Positions 27,449 through 37,182 of a stretch of 39,154 nt of DNA are shown here, one piece after another (position 1 is the first letter of the stretch; each line of letters opens with the position of its first letter). The notes below the pieces were generated by a model. That model was not told the DNA's origin. It worked only from the letters and a program-made list of their open reading frames with translations, and did not search any database. The position numbers were made by a program, and so were the translations under genes. Source of the stretch: Pseudomonadota bacterium (lineage in GTDB: Bacteria; Pseudomonadota; Gammaproteobacteria; Burkholderiales; SG8-39); contig JAKALD010000003.1 in NCBI GenBank assembly GCA_021813275.1, positions 1 through 39,154 on the forward strand, written 5' to 3'.

Positions 27449-27595
27449 GGCAACAGTCTCCCGAAGTCGTGGACAGGACGCGCCGCGGCGCAAGCGCGCC
27501 GCGCGCAGCCGTCGCGCGGCGCGATCCCGATTATCGCGCAACGCCGGGGCCCGGCGCGCGGCGGCGCGTTATCATGCACGCGGTATTCGCCGCGC

Positions 27596-28681
27596 ATGAC
27601 CCAGCCCCGGACCGAAAACATCAACGTGGCGTCGCTGGACGCCATGCCTTCGCCGCGCGAGCTGAAGGCGCGCGTTCCGCTCGGCGACGCGGCCGCGGCC
27701 TCGGTCGCCGAGTCGCGCGCGACGCTGTGCCGGATCCTCGACCACAGCGATCACCGCCTGTTCGTCGTGGTCGGGCCCTGCTCCATCCACGATCCGCGCG
27801 CCGGGCTCGAGTACGCACAGCGGCTCGCCGCGCTCGCGCGCGAGCTGCGCGACACCTTCTACCTCGTGATGCGGGTGTATTTCGAGAAGCCGCGCACGGT
27901 CTCCGGCTGGAAAGGCTACATCAACGATCCGCGCATGGACGACTCGTTCCACATCGAGGAAGGCATGGAGCGCGCGCGCGCCTTCCTGCGCGCGGTGGCC
28001 GAGCTCGGCCTGCCGGCCGCGACCGAGGCGCTCGACCCGATCGCGCCGCAGTACCTGGGCGACCTGGTCGCCTGGTACGCGATCGGCGCGCGCACCAGCG
28101 AGTCGCAGACGCATCGCGAGATGGCGAGCGGGCTCTCGGCGCCGGTGGGCTTCAAGAACGGCACCGACGGCGACGTGGGCGTCGCGATCAACGCGATCCG
28201 CTCGGCGAGCCGCCCGCACAGCTTCCTCGGCATCAGCCAGGACGGCGTCTCGGCCATCGTGCGCACGCGCGGCAACCGCTACGGCCACCTGGTGCTGCGC
28301 GGCGGCCAGGCGGGCCCCAATTACGACACCGCGCACGTCGCGCTCGCCGAGCAGGCGCTCGCGCAGGCCGGCCTCGCGGCGAACATCGTGGTCGACTGCT
28401 CGCACGCGAACTCGTTCAAGAAACCGGAGCTGCAGCCGCTCGTGTTCCGCGACTGCATCCACCAGATCGTCGAGGGCAACGCCTCGCTCGTCGGGCTGAT
28501 GCTCGAGAGCAACCTGGTGGGCGGCAACCAGCCGATCCCCGAGGACCGCTCGAAGCTCGTCTACGGCTGCTCGGTCACCGATCCGTGCATCGACTGGGAG
28601 ACGACCGCCGCGCTGCTGCGCGCGAGCGCCCCGCAGGCCGGCCCGGCGCTGCGCGCCCGAGCGCCGCGCGCAGTCAGCTAG
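27596..28681 (+). CDS. 3-deoxy-7-phosphoheptulonate (DAHP) synthase, class I alpha
   Basis: VVGPCSIHD, RVYFEKPRT, IGARTSESQTHRE, GFKNGTDG, DCSHANS, YGCSVTDPCIDW. Confidence 0.95.
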   Translation: MTQPRTENINVASLDAMPSPRELKARVPLGDAAAASVAESRATLCRILDHSDHRLFVVVGPCSIHDPRAGLEYAQRLAALARELRDTFYLVMRVYFEKPRTVSGWKGYINDPRMDDSFHIEEGMERARAFLRAVAELGLPAATEALDPIAPQYLGDLVAWYAIGARTSESQTHREMASGLSAPVGFKNGTDGDVGVAINAIRSASRPHSFLGISQDGVSAIVRTRGNRYGHLVLRGGQAGPNYDTAHVALAEQALAQAGLAANIVVDCSHANSFKKPELQPLVFRDCIHQIVEGNASLVGLMLESNLVGGNQPIPEDRSKLVYGCSVTDPCIDWETTAALLRASAPQAGPALRARAPRAVS

Positions 28682-28718
28682 GCCGCGTAATATTCCGAAC
28701 CTCGTTCTCGCCGAGCCC

Positions 28719-29858
28719 ATGGCGCTCAGTCGAGCCTCCGAATCTCCCGCCGCCGTGCAACTCGTGCCGCGCGAGGCGGGCGCCGAGCTGCGCTGCGCCG
28801 GGGCCTGGGTCGTGCACAGCATCGCCGGGCTGGAGCGCCGCCTGGACGCGATCGAGTGGCCCGCCGCCGGAAGCCTGGTGATCGACGCTTCGGCCGTCGA
28901 CGCCATGGACACCTCGGGCGCCTGGGTGCTGCAGCGGACCGTGCGCGCGCTGCGCGCGCGCGGCCGCGAGGTCGAGCTGCGCGGAATGCGCCCCGCGTTC
29001 GAGGCCCTGCTGCAGCTGGTGACGGAGCGCAGCGCCGCCGCCGCGCCGGCCGCCCCGCAGGCGCCGGGCGCGCTGTTCCGCATCGGCGGCGCGACGGTGG
29101 AGGCACTGCGCAGCGCGCTCGGGCTCGTCGCCTTCCTCGGCGAAGCGGCGCTCGTTCTCGGGCGCTCGCTCGCCCAGCCGCGGCGCATCCGCTGGCGCGC
29201 GATCCTGCACAACCTGCAGAGCGCCGGCTACGAAGCGCTGCCGATCACCGGGCTGCTGTCGTTCCTGATGGGGGTCGTGATCGCCTACCAGGGCGCGGAG
29301 CAGCTCGCGCGCTTCGGCGCCAACATCTACATCGCCGACCTGGTCGGCCTGTCGATGGCGCGCGAGCTCTCGCCGCTGCTTACCGCGATCATCGTCGCCG
29401 GCCGGTCGGGATCCGCCTACGCGGCGCAGATCGGGACCATGAAGGTCACCGAGGAGATCGACGCGCTGCGCACCATCGGCGTCGTTCCCATGGAGCTGCT
29501 GGTGCTGCCCAAGATGCTGGCGCTCGTCATCGCGCTGCCGCTGCTCACCGTGTACACCGACGTCATGGGCGTGTTCGGCGGCATGGTCATGGCGAGCGCG
29601 CAGGTCGGCGTCGGCTTCGGCGCGTTTATCGACCGCCTCGAGCACGCGATGACGCTCTCCTCGTACCTGACGGGGATCGGCAAGACCCCCGTGTTCGCGG
29701 TCATCGTGGCGCTGGTGGGGTGCTATCAGGGCTTTCAGGCCACCGGCAGCGCTGACAGCGTGGGCCGGCAGACCACGGTGAGCGTCGTGCAATCCATCTT
29801 CCTGGTGATCGTCAGCGACGCGCTGTTCTCGATCGCGTTCAGCCGCTTCCACCTATGA
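28719..29858 (+). CDS. MlaE-family ABC permease with N-terminal STAS-like domain
   Basis: DAMDTSGAW STAS-like segment; RELSPLLTAIIVAGRSGSAYAAQIGTMKVTEEIDAL. Confidence 0.92.
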   Translation: MALSRASESPAAVQLVPREAGAELRCAGAWVVHSIAGLERRLDAIEWPAAGSLVIDASAVDAMDTSGAWVLQRTVRALRARGREVELRGMRPAFEALLQLVTERSAAAAPAAPQAPGALFRIGGATVEALRSALGLVAFLGEAALVLGRSLAQPRRIRWRAILHNLQSAGYEALPITGLLSFLMGVVIAYQGAEQLARFGANIYIADLVGLSMARELSPLLTAIIVAGRSGSAYAAQIGTMKVTEEIDALRTIGVVPMELLVLPKMLALVIALPLLTVYTDVMGVFGGMVMASAQVGVGFGAFIDRLEHAMTLSSYLTGIGKTPVFAVIVALVGCYQGFQATGSADSVGRQTTVSVVQSIFLVIVSDALFSIAFSRFHL

Positions 29859-30658
29859 GCGCCCCGATCGAGCCGATGCAGGGCAGCGCCCCGATGGTCG
29901 AGATCCGGGACCTGAACACGCGCTTCGGAGCAGCGGTGGTGCACGAGAACGTGAGCCTCGCGGTGCGCCCCGGCGAGATCTTCGCGCTGGTCGGCGCGAG
30001 CGGCTGCGGCAAGTCGACGCTCCTGCGCGAGACGATCGTGCTGCAGCCGCCGCAGTCCGGCTCGATCCGCGTCTTCGGGCTGGAGGTGATCGGGCTGAGC
30101 GATCGCGACGCCCTGCCGCTGCGCCGCAGGTGGGGCGTCATGTTCGAGCGCGGCGCGCTGTTCAGCTCGCTGACGGTGCTGGAGAACGTGGGCATGGTGC
30201 TGCGCGAGCACACGCAGCTCGGCGAGCGGCTGATCGACGAGATCGCGGCGCTCAAGGTCGCGCTGACCGGGCTCCCGCCGGACGCGTGCGCCAAGTACCC
30301 GAGCGAGCTGAGCGGCGGCATGCGCAAGCGCGCGGCGCTCGCGCGCGCCCTCGCGCTCGACCCCGAGCTGCTGTTCCTCGACGAGCCCACCGCCGGCCTC
30401 GATCCGCTGAGCGCGAGCGGCATCGACGTCCTGATCCGGCATCTGAAGGAGTCGCTCGGGCTGACCATCATGCTGGTGACGCACGACCTCGACCTGCTGT
30501 GGCGCACCGCCGACCGCGTGGCGGTCATGGGCGAGTCGCGCATCCTCGGAATCGGCACCATGGAGGAGCTGTCGCGCTCCGAGCACCCGCTGATCCGCGA
30601 GTACTTCTACGGGCCGCGCGGGCGCGCGGCGCGCGAGCAGGCATGGAAACGAAAGTAA
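29855..30658 (+). CDS. MlaF-family ABC ATPase
   Basis: GASGCGKS, LSGGMRKR, LFLDEPTAGLDP, VTHD. Confidence 0.93.
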   Translation: MSAPIEPMQGSAPMVEIRDLNTRFGAAVVHENVSLAVRPGEIFALVGASGCGKSTLLRETIVLQPPQSGSIRVFGLEVIGLSDRDALPLRRRWGVMFERGALFSSLTVLENVGMVLREHTQLGERLIDEIAALKVALTGLPPDACAKYPSELSGGMRKRAALARALALDPELLFLDEPTAGLDPLSASGIDVLIRHLKESLGLTIMLVTHDLDLLWRTADRVAVMGESRILGIGTMEELSRSEHPLIREYFYGPRGRAAREQAWKRK

Positions 30659-31542
30659 GCTACGTCGCGGTCGGAATTTTCGTGCTCGTCCTCGGCGCGG
30701 CGCTGATCGGCGGCGTGCTGTGGATCTCGAGCGGCACCGCGTACCGCGCCGCGTACGAAACCTACGTGACCTACATGAGCGAGTCGGTCGCCGGCCTGAG
30801 CCTCAGCGCTCCGGTGCGCGATCACGGAGTCGAGGTGGGCCAGGTGCGCCGCATCGCGCTCGCGCCGCTCGACCCGGAGCAGGTCGAGCTGACGCTCGAC
30901 ATCGAGCGCGGCACGCCCGTGAAGCAGGACACCTTCGCGACGCTGCGCACCCAGGGGCTGACCGGCATCGCCTTCGTCGAGCTCTCCGGCGGCAGCCGCG
31001 GCTCGCCGCCATTGCGCGCCCTGCCCGGCCAGCCGCACCCGGTGATCCCCAGCAAGCCTTCCTTCATGCTGGGCCTCGAGAAGCAGGTGAGCGCGCTGCT
31101 CGCCAACCTCGACCGCACCAGCGAGCGGCTGAACGCCATCATGGACGACGACAACCGCCGTTCGATCGCGCAGACGCTGCGCAACCTCGACCGGCTCTCG
31201 CAGACGCTCGCCGCGCGCTCGGCGGCGATCGACTCGAGCCTGGCCGACGCGGCGCGCGCCATGCGCGACACCGCGCGCGTCACCGCCGAGCTGCCCGAGC
31301 TGGTCGAGCGCCTGCAGCGCAGCGCCGTCGCGTTCGAGCGCATGGCGAACGAAGTGGGGCGCGCGAGCGCGAGCGCGAGCGAGACGCTGGCCGGCACAAC
31401 CCTGCCGCAGGTGAATGCGCTGGTGGGCGAGCTGCGCGAGCTCACCGGCTCGCTGCAGCGCTTCAGCGGCGAGCTGGAGCGCAACCCGAGCGTGCTGCTG
31501 TACGGCCGGCCCGCGCCGAAGCCCGGGCCGGGGGAGCGATGA
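30643..31542 (+). CDS. MlaD/MCE-family substrate-binding protein
   Basis: METKVSYVAVGIFV TM, SVAGLS...GVEVGQV, QGLTGIAFVELSGG, helical tail ending LERNPSVLLYG. Confidence 0.9.
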   Translation: METKVSYVAVGIFVLVLGAALIGGVLWISSGTAYRAAYETYVTYMSESVAGLSLSAPVRDHGVEVGQVRRIALAPLDPEQVELTLDIERGTPVKQDTFATLRTQGLTGIAFVELSGGSRGSPPLRALPGQPHPVIPSKPSFMLGLEKQVSALLANLDRTSERLNAIMDDDNRRSIAQTLRNLDRLSQTLAARSAAIDSSLADAARAMRDTARVTAELPELVERLQRSAVAFERMANEVGRASASASETLAGTTLPQVNALVGELRELTGSLQRFSGELERNPSVLLYGRPAPKPGPGER

Positions 31543-32162
31543 GCCCGACGGGCAGCCGCCTGCGCGCCGCGGCGGCGCTCCTCGTCGGGGCGCTCGCTGC
31601 CGGCTGCGCGCCGCAGCCGCCGCGCGCCGCGGCCGCGAACGTGTACCTGCTCAGCGCGCTTCCGGCCGCGAGTTCCCACCGCCCCGCTCGGCGCGAGGGC
31701 GTACTGGCGGTGAGCCCGCCGCGCGCGCAGCCCGGTTTCGACACGGACCGAATGGTCTACGTGCAGCGCCCCTACGAGATCGAGTACTTCGCGGACAACC
31801 GCTGGGCCGAGCCGCCCGCGCGCATGCTCGCTCCGCTCCTCGCGCAGGCGCTCGAGCGAAGCGGCGCCTTTCGCGCGGTCGTCCAGGCCCCGAGCGCGGT
31901 CGCGGCCGACCTGCGGCTCGACACCGAGCTCGTGCGGCTGCAGCAGGACTTCAGCACTCGTCCCAGCCGGATCGAGCTCACGCTGCGCGCGCAGCTCGTC
32001 GACCTGCGCCACGGGCGCAGCCTCGCCACCCGCGAATTCGACGTGACGGAGCCCGCCCCGCACGACGATCCCTACGGAGGCGTCGTCGCCGCCAACCAGG
32101 CGGTTGCGCGCATGCTCGGCCAGCTCGTCGCGTTCTGCGCCGACGCTGCGGCAAACCCCTGA
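31539..32162 (+). CDS. ABC-type transport auxiliary lipoprotein (PqiC-like)
   Basis: Lipobox LAAGC; GFDTDRMVY, NRWAEPPARML, LDTELVRLQQDF. Confidence 0.87.
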   Translation: MSPTGSRLRAAAALLVGALAAGCAPQPPRAAAANVYLLSALPAASSHRPARREGVLAVSPPRAQPGFDTDRMVYVQRPYEIEYFADNRWAEPPARMLAPLLAQALERSGAFRAVVQAPSAVAADLRLDTELVRLQQDFSTRPSRIELTLRAQLVDLRHGRSLATREFDVTEPAPHDDPYGGVVAANQAVARMLGQLVAFCADAAANP

Positions 32163-32177
32163 CGCTCCCCCTCGCCG

Positions 32178-32795
32178 ATGCTCCAGCGCCTGATCGAGCT
32201 GCGCGAGCGCACGGTCTATTACGTCGCAGGATCCCGGCCCGCGGCCTATTTCATCGCCGACGTTGAGGCGCAGGGCGTCCTCGTCAACTCGCCCGCCTTC
32301 GATCCCCGCCTGCTGCAGGGGCTGCAGGCGCTCGCCCCGCTGAAGTACGTGTTTCTCCCGAGCCGGCGCGGCGCGCTCGACCTGGATCGCTGGCGCGGCG
32401 CGAGCGGCGCCGAGACCCTGGCGACCGAGGCCGAGGCGCCCGCGATCGCCGGCACGATCGACTTGATGCTCGCGCGCGGCCGCAAGCTCACCCGGACCAT
32501 CGACTTCCTGCAGATGGCGGGCGTCACCGAAGGCAGCTGCGCGCTGCGCATCCGGAACAACGGCGGCGTGCTGTTCTTCGGTCCGATCCTCGAGCCGGGC
32601 GCCGACGGCTGGCCCGTCCTCGTGCCGCACGCCGACGATCACTCCGCCGAGAACCGCCTGCTGGGCGCGCTTGGCCTGCAGGACCTGCGCTTCGAGTACG
32701 CGTTCACCGACGTCTTCGAGCCCGGCCGAACGCGCTTCGGCCCCGGAGCGGATGCGGCGATCCGGATCCGCCTGCAGCGCCTGCTCGAGGCGTAG
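32178..32795 (+). CDS. Hypothetical protein with degenerate metallo-beta-lactamase-like fold
   Basis: Spacing of AYFI...GVLVNSP...YVFLPSRRG...GVTEGS...LFFGP parallels MBL-fold proteins, but the metal ligands are absent. Confidence 0.6.
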   Translation: MLQRLIELRERTVYYVAGSRPAAYFIADVEAQGVLVNSPAFDPRLLQGLQALAPLKYVFLPSRRGALDLDRWRGASGAETLATEAEAPAIAGTIDLMLARGRKLTRTIDFLQMAGVTEGSCALRIRNNGGVLFFGPILEPGADGWPVLVPHADDHSAENRLLGALGLQDLRFEYAFTDVFEPGRTRFGPGADAAIRIRLQRLLEA

Positions 32796-32801
32796 CCGGC
32801 G

Positions 32802-33113
32802 CTACATGCCGAGCATGCGGCCGATCTGCGCCACGTACTCGGCGACCGTGATGGCTTCCTCGACCACCGCTTCGCGAACGTTCTCGAGGCTGGCGCGCAC
32901 GTTGCGCAGGCCGCGGTGCACCTCACCCTGGTCGCGCTGCGGGGACTTGAGCAGGCGGCGCAGCGCCTCGACCTCGTCGCGCAGCGACTGCAGGTCTTCC
33001 GACCCGCCCTGCACCTTCGCGAGATCCTGCTCGAGCGCGCCGACCAGCCGCGCGACCTCGGCCAGGTCGATCTCCCGGCCCGCGCCGCTCTCGGGTGCCG
33101 CTTTCTTCACCAT
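32802..33113 (-). CDS. Small coiled-coil hypothetical protein
   Basis: ATG 33113 MVKKAAPES..., amphipathic helices, ends IGRMLGM; follows the BON lipoprotein gene in the same orientation. Confidence 0.7.
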   Translation of the reverse strand: MVKKAAPESGAGREIDLAEVARLVGALEQDLAKVQGGSEDLQSLRDEVEALRRLLKSPQRDQGEVHRGLRNVRASLENVREAVVEEAITVAEYVAQIGRMLGM

Positions 33114-33136
33114 CGAACGAGCTCTGCGGGCCTTCG

Positions 33137-33571
33137 CTACGAGCCGCTGACGACCGCGAGGTGGTTCTCGACGGCCTTCACGCCCGGTACCGCCGCGGCC
33201 GCTTTCGCCGCCTCGTCGCGCTGCGCGGCATTGGCCACCGTGCCGTACAGCCTCACCTGGCCATCGGACGTCTGCACGTCGATCCCGCCGGCATCGAGCC
33301 CCTTGACCCCGCCCAGGGCCGCCTTGACCTTCGCCGCCAGCGCCTTGTCCGCGCTGCCCTGCTCGGCCGGCTGAGCGGGTGCCGGCGCAGGCGGCTGCGC
33401 GGCCGGCGGCGGTGCAGGCGGGATTTCGGCGGGCTTGACGGCCGGGGCGGCGGCCGGAGGAGGAGGCGGAGGCACCGGCTTCTTCTCGCACGCCGCCAGG
33501 CCCAGGCCGAGAAGGCCCGCCAGCGCGATTCTCACTGCGGAGCGCCTCGCGTTCTTCGTGCCTGTGCTCAT
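33137..33571 (-). CDS. BON-domain lipoprotein with Pro-rich linker
   Basis: Lipobox LAAC; ADKALAAKVKAAL...IDVQTSDGQVRLYGTV...VPGVKAVENHL. Confidence 0.87.
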   Translation of the reverse strand: MSTGTKNARRSAVRIALAGLLGLGLAACEKKPVPPPPPPAAAPAVKPAEIPPAPPPAAQPPAPAPAQPAEQGSADKALAAKVKAALGGVKGLDAGGIDVQTSDGQVRLYGTVANAAQRDEAAKAAAAVPGVKAVENHLAVVSGS

Positions 33572-33692
33572 CGCTGCCTCCGTCGGTATTGGTATTCCGC
33601 CGCTATTCTATCCAACCCGACGCCGGCCGCGGCGGCGTGCGCGCCGCCGGGATTCATGCCATCCTTTCCCGCGACCCCGTGCCTGCCGTCCC

Positions 33693-34238
33693 ATGAAGGC
33701 CAGCGTTCCGCCTGTTCACCAGATCTCGCTGCGCGTGCGCGAGCTCGCGCAGCTGTTCAACTCGATGGACCCGACGCCCTTCCATCACAAGGATCTCGAT
33801 CCTGACGCCGAGGAGTTCATCGAGAGCTGGGCGCAGGAATTTCCGCCCGACAGCCGCTTCCAGATCGTCGTTCACCTGCAGCAGCAGCCGGCCGAGAAGG
33901 ATCCCGGCGCGCTCGTGGGCGAGGCGATCCACAACTTCTTCGACTACAAGGCGGGCATGGCGCAGCGCGAGCTGCGCAGGCTGTGGCGCGTGGGCCGGGC
34001 GAGCCTGCTCGTGGGCCTCGCGTTCCTCGCCGCGTGCCTGCTCGCCGCGAACGCGGCCGGCGCGCTGCTGAGCGATCCGGTGCGCACGCTCGCGCGCGAG
34101 AGCCTCACCATCGTCGGCTGGGTCGCGATGTGGCGCCCGATCCAGATCTTCCTGTACGAATGGTGGCCGATCGCGCGCCGCCGGCGCGTCTACCTCAGCC
34201 TGAGCCGCGCGCAGGTCCGCGTCCTGCAGCCGGGCTGA
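33693..34238 (+). CDS. Conserved hypothetical membrane protein
   Basis: QLFNSMDPTPFHHKDLDPDAEEFI, two C-terminal TM helices, GWVAMWRPIQIFLYEWWP. Confidence 0.78.
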   Translation: MKASVPPVHQISLRVRELAQLFNSMDPTPFHHKDLDPDAEEFIESWAQEFPPDSRFQIVVHLQQQPAEKDPGALVGEAIHNFFDYKAGMAQRELRRLWRVGRASLLVGLAFLAACLLAANAAGALLSDPVRTLARESLTIVGWVAMWRPIQIFLYEWWPIARRRRVYLSLSRAQVRVLQPG

Positions 34239-34304
34239 GCGCCCGGTATCGGATTTGCGCCCGGGCGCGTCTGTTGTAGGCTTTTTGCAAAGGAGCTCCA
34301 CCCG

Positions 34305-34976
34305 GTGCGCATCCTGGTCGTGGAAGACGACGCGGTGCTGGCGGCGGCGCTGACGCGGGCGCTGCAGCAGGCGGCCTACGCCGTCGACCTGGTCGAAGAC
34401 GGCGCGCAGGCCGAAGGTGCGCTCGCGGCAGGAGACTACGACCTCGTGCTGCTCGACCTGGCCCTGCCCCGCCTCGACGGGCTCGAGGTGCTCAAGCGGC
34501 TGCGGGCGCGCGGCTCGCACGTGCCGGTGCTCGTGCTCACCGCGCGCGACACGCTGCAGGATCGCGTCGCCGGGCTCGACCTCGGCGCCGACGACTACCT
34601 GACGAAGCCTTTCGACCTGCCGGAATTCGAGGCGCGGGTGCGCGCGCTGCTGCGGCGGGCGAACTACACCGCCGGCACGAGCCTCACGCACGGCAAGCTG
34701 CGCTTCGATAGCGCGGGCCGGCGCCTGTTCTGGGAGGACCGGCCGATCGACCTGTCGATGCGCGAGCTCGCCGTCATCGAGCTGCTGCTGTCGCGCCAGG
34801 GACGCGTGGTCAGCAAGGAGCAGATGCTCGACCACCTGTTCGGGTGGGGCGAGGGCGCCGGCTCCAACGCGATCGAGGTGTACGTGCACCGGGTGCGCAG
34901 GAAGCTCGAGCCGTTCGGCATCGACATCCGCACCGTGCGCGGCATGGGTTACCTGCTTGAGCGCCGCGGCGAGTGA
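34305..34976 (+). CDS. OmpR-family response regulator (TctD/QseB-like)
   Basis: ILVVEDD, LLDLALP, GADDYLTKPF, SNAIEVYVHRVRRKL, TVRGMGY. Confidence 0.95.
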   Translation: MRILVVEDDAVLAAALTRALQQAAYAVDLVEDGAQAEGALAAGDYDLVLLDLALPRLDGLEVLKRLRARGSHVPVLVLTARDTLQDRVAGLDLGADDYLTKPFDLPEFEARVRALLRRANYTAGTSLTHGKLRFDSAGRRLFWEDRPIDLSMRELAVIELLLSRQGRVVSKEQMLDHLFGWGEGAGSNAIEVYVHRVRRKLEPFGIDIRTVRGMGYLLERRGE

Positions 34977-36384
34977 ACCGGGCGTCACGCTGCGGCGCAA
35001 GCTGCTCGCTTGGATCCTGCCGCCGCTGCTCGCCGTGTTCGTGCTGGACGCGGTCGGCAGCTGGTTCGTCGCGGCGCGGGTCTCGGCCAGGATCTACGAC
35101 GCGGAGCTCGCGGAGATCGCGCGCGAGCTGCTGCTGCACGTGAGGACGCCGTCGCCGGCCGCGCTCGACTTCGAGCTGTCGCCCCAGGCCGAGCGCATCC
35201 TGCTGCTCGACGAATCCGACCAGGTCACCTACTCGGTGAGCTCCGGCGCGGGACAACTGGTGGCCGGCGACCCGCAGCTGCCCGCCGCCGTGCCCGGGCG
35301 CGACGGGATCGACTATGGCGACGCGACGCTCGGCGGCGTCCCGCTGCGCGTGGTGCAGCTCGCCGCGAGTCCGCCGGGCGGCGCCCCGGGGCAGACGGCG
35401 ATCATCCGGGTGGCCGAGACGCTGAACAAGCGCCACCGGCTCTCGGAGCTGATCCTGGTCGGGATCATCGTGCCGCAGCTCGCCCTCATCCTCGTGGCCG
35501 CGCTGTTCATCGCGCTCGGCGTCGCGCGCGGGTTGCTGCCGCTCGCGCGGCTCAGGGAGGCGGTGGCCGCGCGCTCGCATCGCGATCTGTCGCCGATCGC
35601 GGTCGGCGGCGTGCCGGGCGAGGTGCGCCCGCTCGCCGAGGCGGTGAACGACCTGATGCGCCGGCTCGACGGTGTGCTCACCTCGCAGAACCGTTTCGTC
35701 GCCGATGCCGCGCACCAGCTGCGCACGCCGGTCGCCGGCCTCAAGGCGCACATCGAGGTCGCGCTGCGCGAGCAGGATCTCGAGCAGACCCGGCGGGCCC
35801 TTGCGCACCTCTATACGAGCGTCGAGCGGCTCTCGCGGCTGGTCGCGCAGCTGCTGACGCTCGCGCGCAACGAGCCGAGCGCGCTGCCCGCCGTCGCCTT
35901 CGCGCCGCTCGACCTGAACAGGCTGGCCCTGGAGACCACCATGGAATGGGTGCCCGAGGCCTACCGCAGGAGCATCGACCTGGGCTTCGAGGGGGCGCCC
36001 GCGGCGGTGACGGTCGAGGGCGATGCCGCGCGCCTCACCGAGCTCGTCAACAACCTGCTGGACAACGCGGTGCGCTACACGCGCGCCGGCGGCCGGGTCA
36101 CGGTGCGCGTGATTCCCGGCGAGCGGCCGGCCGTCTCGGTGAGCGACGACGGCCCGCGCATCCCGCCGGAAGAACGGCAGCGCGTGTTCGAGCGCTTCCG
36201 CCGGCTGCTCGGGACGCACGCCGACGGCAGCGGGCTCGGCCTCGCGATCGCGCGCGAGATCGCGAACCTGCACGGCGCCGAAATCACGCTCGAGGACGAC
36301 GTCGACGGCGTGGGCAACACCTTCAGCGTGAGTTTCCCGGCACCCGCCCCGCCGCCGCGCCCTGCAGCCGAAAGCATCGCGTAA
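34957..36384 (+). CDS. Sensor histidine kinase (TctE/QseC-like)
   Basis: Two TM segments, FVADAAHQLRTP H-box, NLLDNAVRY, DDGP, GSGLGLAI. Confidence 0.94.
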   Translation: MSAAASEPGVTLRRKLLAWILPPLLAVFVLDAVGSWFVAARVSARIYDAELAEIARELLLHVRTPSPAALDFELSPQAERILLLDESDQVTYSVSSGAGQLVAGDPQLPAAVPGRDGIDYGDATLGGVPLRVVQLAASPPGGAPGQTAIIRVAETLNKRHRLSELILVGIIVPQLALILVAALFIALGVARGLLPLARLREAVAARSHRDLSPIAVGGVPGEVRPLAEAVNDLMRRLDGVLTSQNRFVADAAHQLRTPVAGLKAHIEVALREQDLEQTRRALAHLYTSVERLSRLVAQLLTLARNEPSALPAVAFAPLDLNRLALETTMEWVPEAYRRSIDLGFEGAPAAVTVEGDAARLTELVNNLLDNAVRYTRAGGRVTVRVIPGERPAVSVSDDGPRIPPEERQRVFERFRRLLGTHADGSGLGLAIAREIANLHGAEITLEDDVDGVGNTFSVSFPAPAPPPRPAAESIA

Positions 36385-36410
36385 GGTTCGCGTAACGGTC
36401 CCGTAATTCC
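36380..36410 (+). promoter_or_regulatory. Three CGTAA direct repeats with 11-bp period (OmpR-type binding site candidate)
   Basis: CGTAAggttcg CGTAAcggtcc CGTAAttcc at 36380, 36391 and 36402, upstream of the TerC gene. Confidence 0.6.
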
Positions 36411-36477
36411 TGGGAAAGTAGCGCGTCATCGCGCACTCCTAGTCTGGAGCCTCCGCGCCGAGAAGGAGGCCCCGGAC

Positions 36478-37182
36478 ATGCCGGGCATGCTGGCCGACCC
36501 CTCGATCTGGATCGCGCTCATCCAGATCTGCGTGATCAACGTGCTGCTGAGCGGCGACAACGCTGTGGTCATCGCGCTCGCCTGCCGCTCGCTCCCGCCG
36601 CGGCAGCAGCGCCAGGCGTTCGTCGCGGGCGCGGCCGGCATCGTCGTGCTGATGACCGCGCTCACGGCGGCGGCCGCCTACCTGCTCAGCCTGCGCTACC
36701 TCGAGCTGGTCGGGGCGCTGCTGCTGCTGTGGATCGGGGTGCGCCTGCTCGTCCCGGAGGACGACGCCGGCGACATCGAGGACAGCAGCGGCTTCTGGGC
36801 CGCAGTGCGGACCATCATCATCGCCGACATCGTGATGAGCCTGGACAACGTGCTCGGCATGGCGGCCGCGGCGCGCGGCCATCTCGGCATGCTGTTCGTG
36901 GGACTGATCATCACGATCCCGCTCATCCTGTTCGGCAGCGCGCTCATCATGCGGCTGATGGAGCGCTTCCCGATCTTCATCACCCTCGGCGCCGGGCTGC
37001 TCGGCTGGGTAGCCGGCGAGATGGCGGTCGCCGACCCCAGCGTCAAGAACATCGTCGGAACGCGCGCCCATGCGGTCGAAACGCTGGCGCCGCTCCTTGG
37101 CGCGCTCTCGGTGGTCGCGGTCGGCACGCTGCTCGCGCGCCGCCGCGCGGCATCCGGCATGCCGGAAAGGACCGGCCCGTGA
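36478..37182 (+). CDS. TerC/YjbE-family membrane protein
   Basis: LLSGDNAVVIALACRSLP, AVRTIIIADIVMSLDNVL; AAGGAGG RBS. Confidence 0.92.
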   Translation: MPGMLADPSIWIALIQICVINVLLSGDNAVVIALACRSLPPRQQRQAFVAGAAGIVVLMTALTAAAAYLLSLRYLELVGALLLLWIGVRLLVPEDDAGDIEDSSGFWAAVRTIIIADIVMSLDNVLGMAAAARGHLGMLFVGLIITIPLILFGSALIMRLMERFPIFITLGAGLLGWVAGEMAVADPSVKNIVGTRAHAVETLAPLLGALSVVAVGTLLARRRAASGMPERTGP

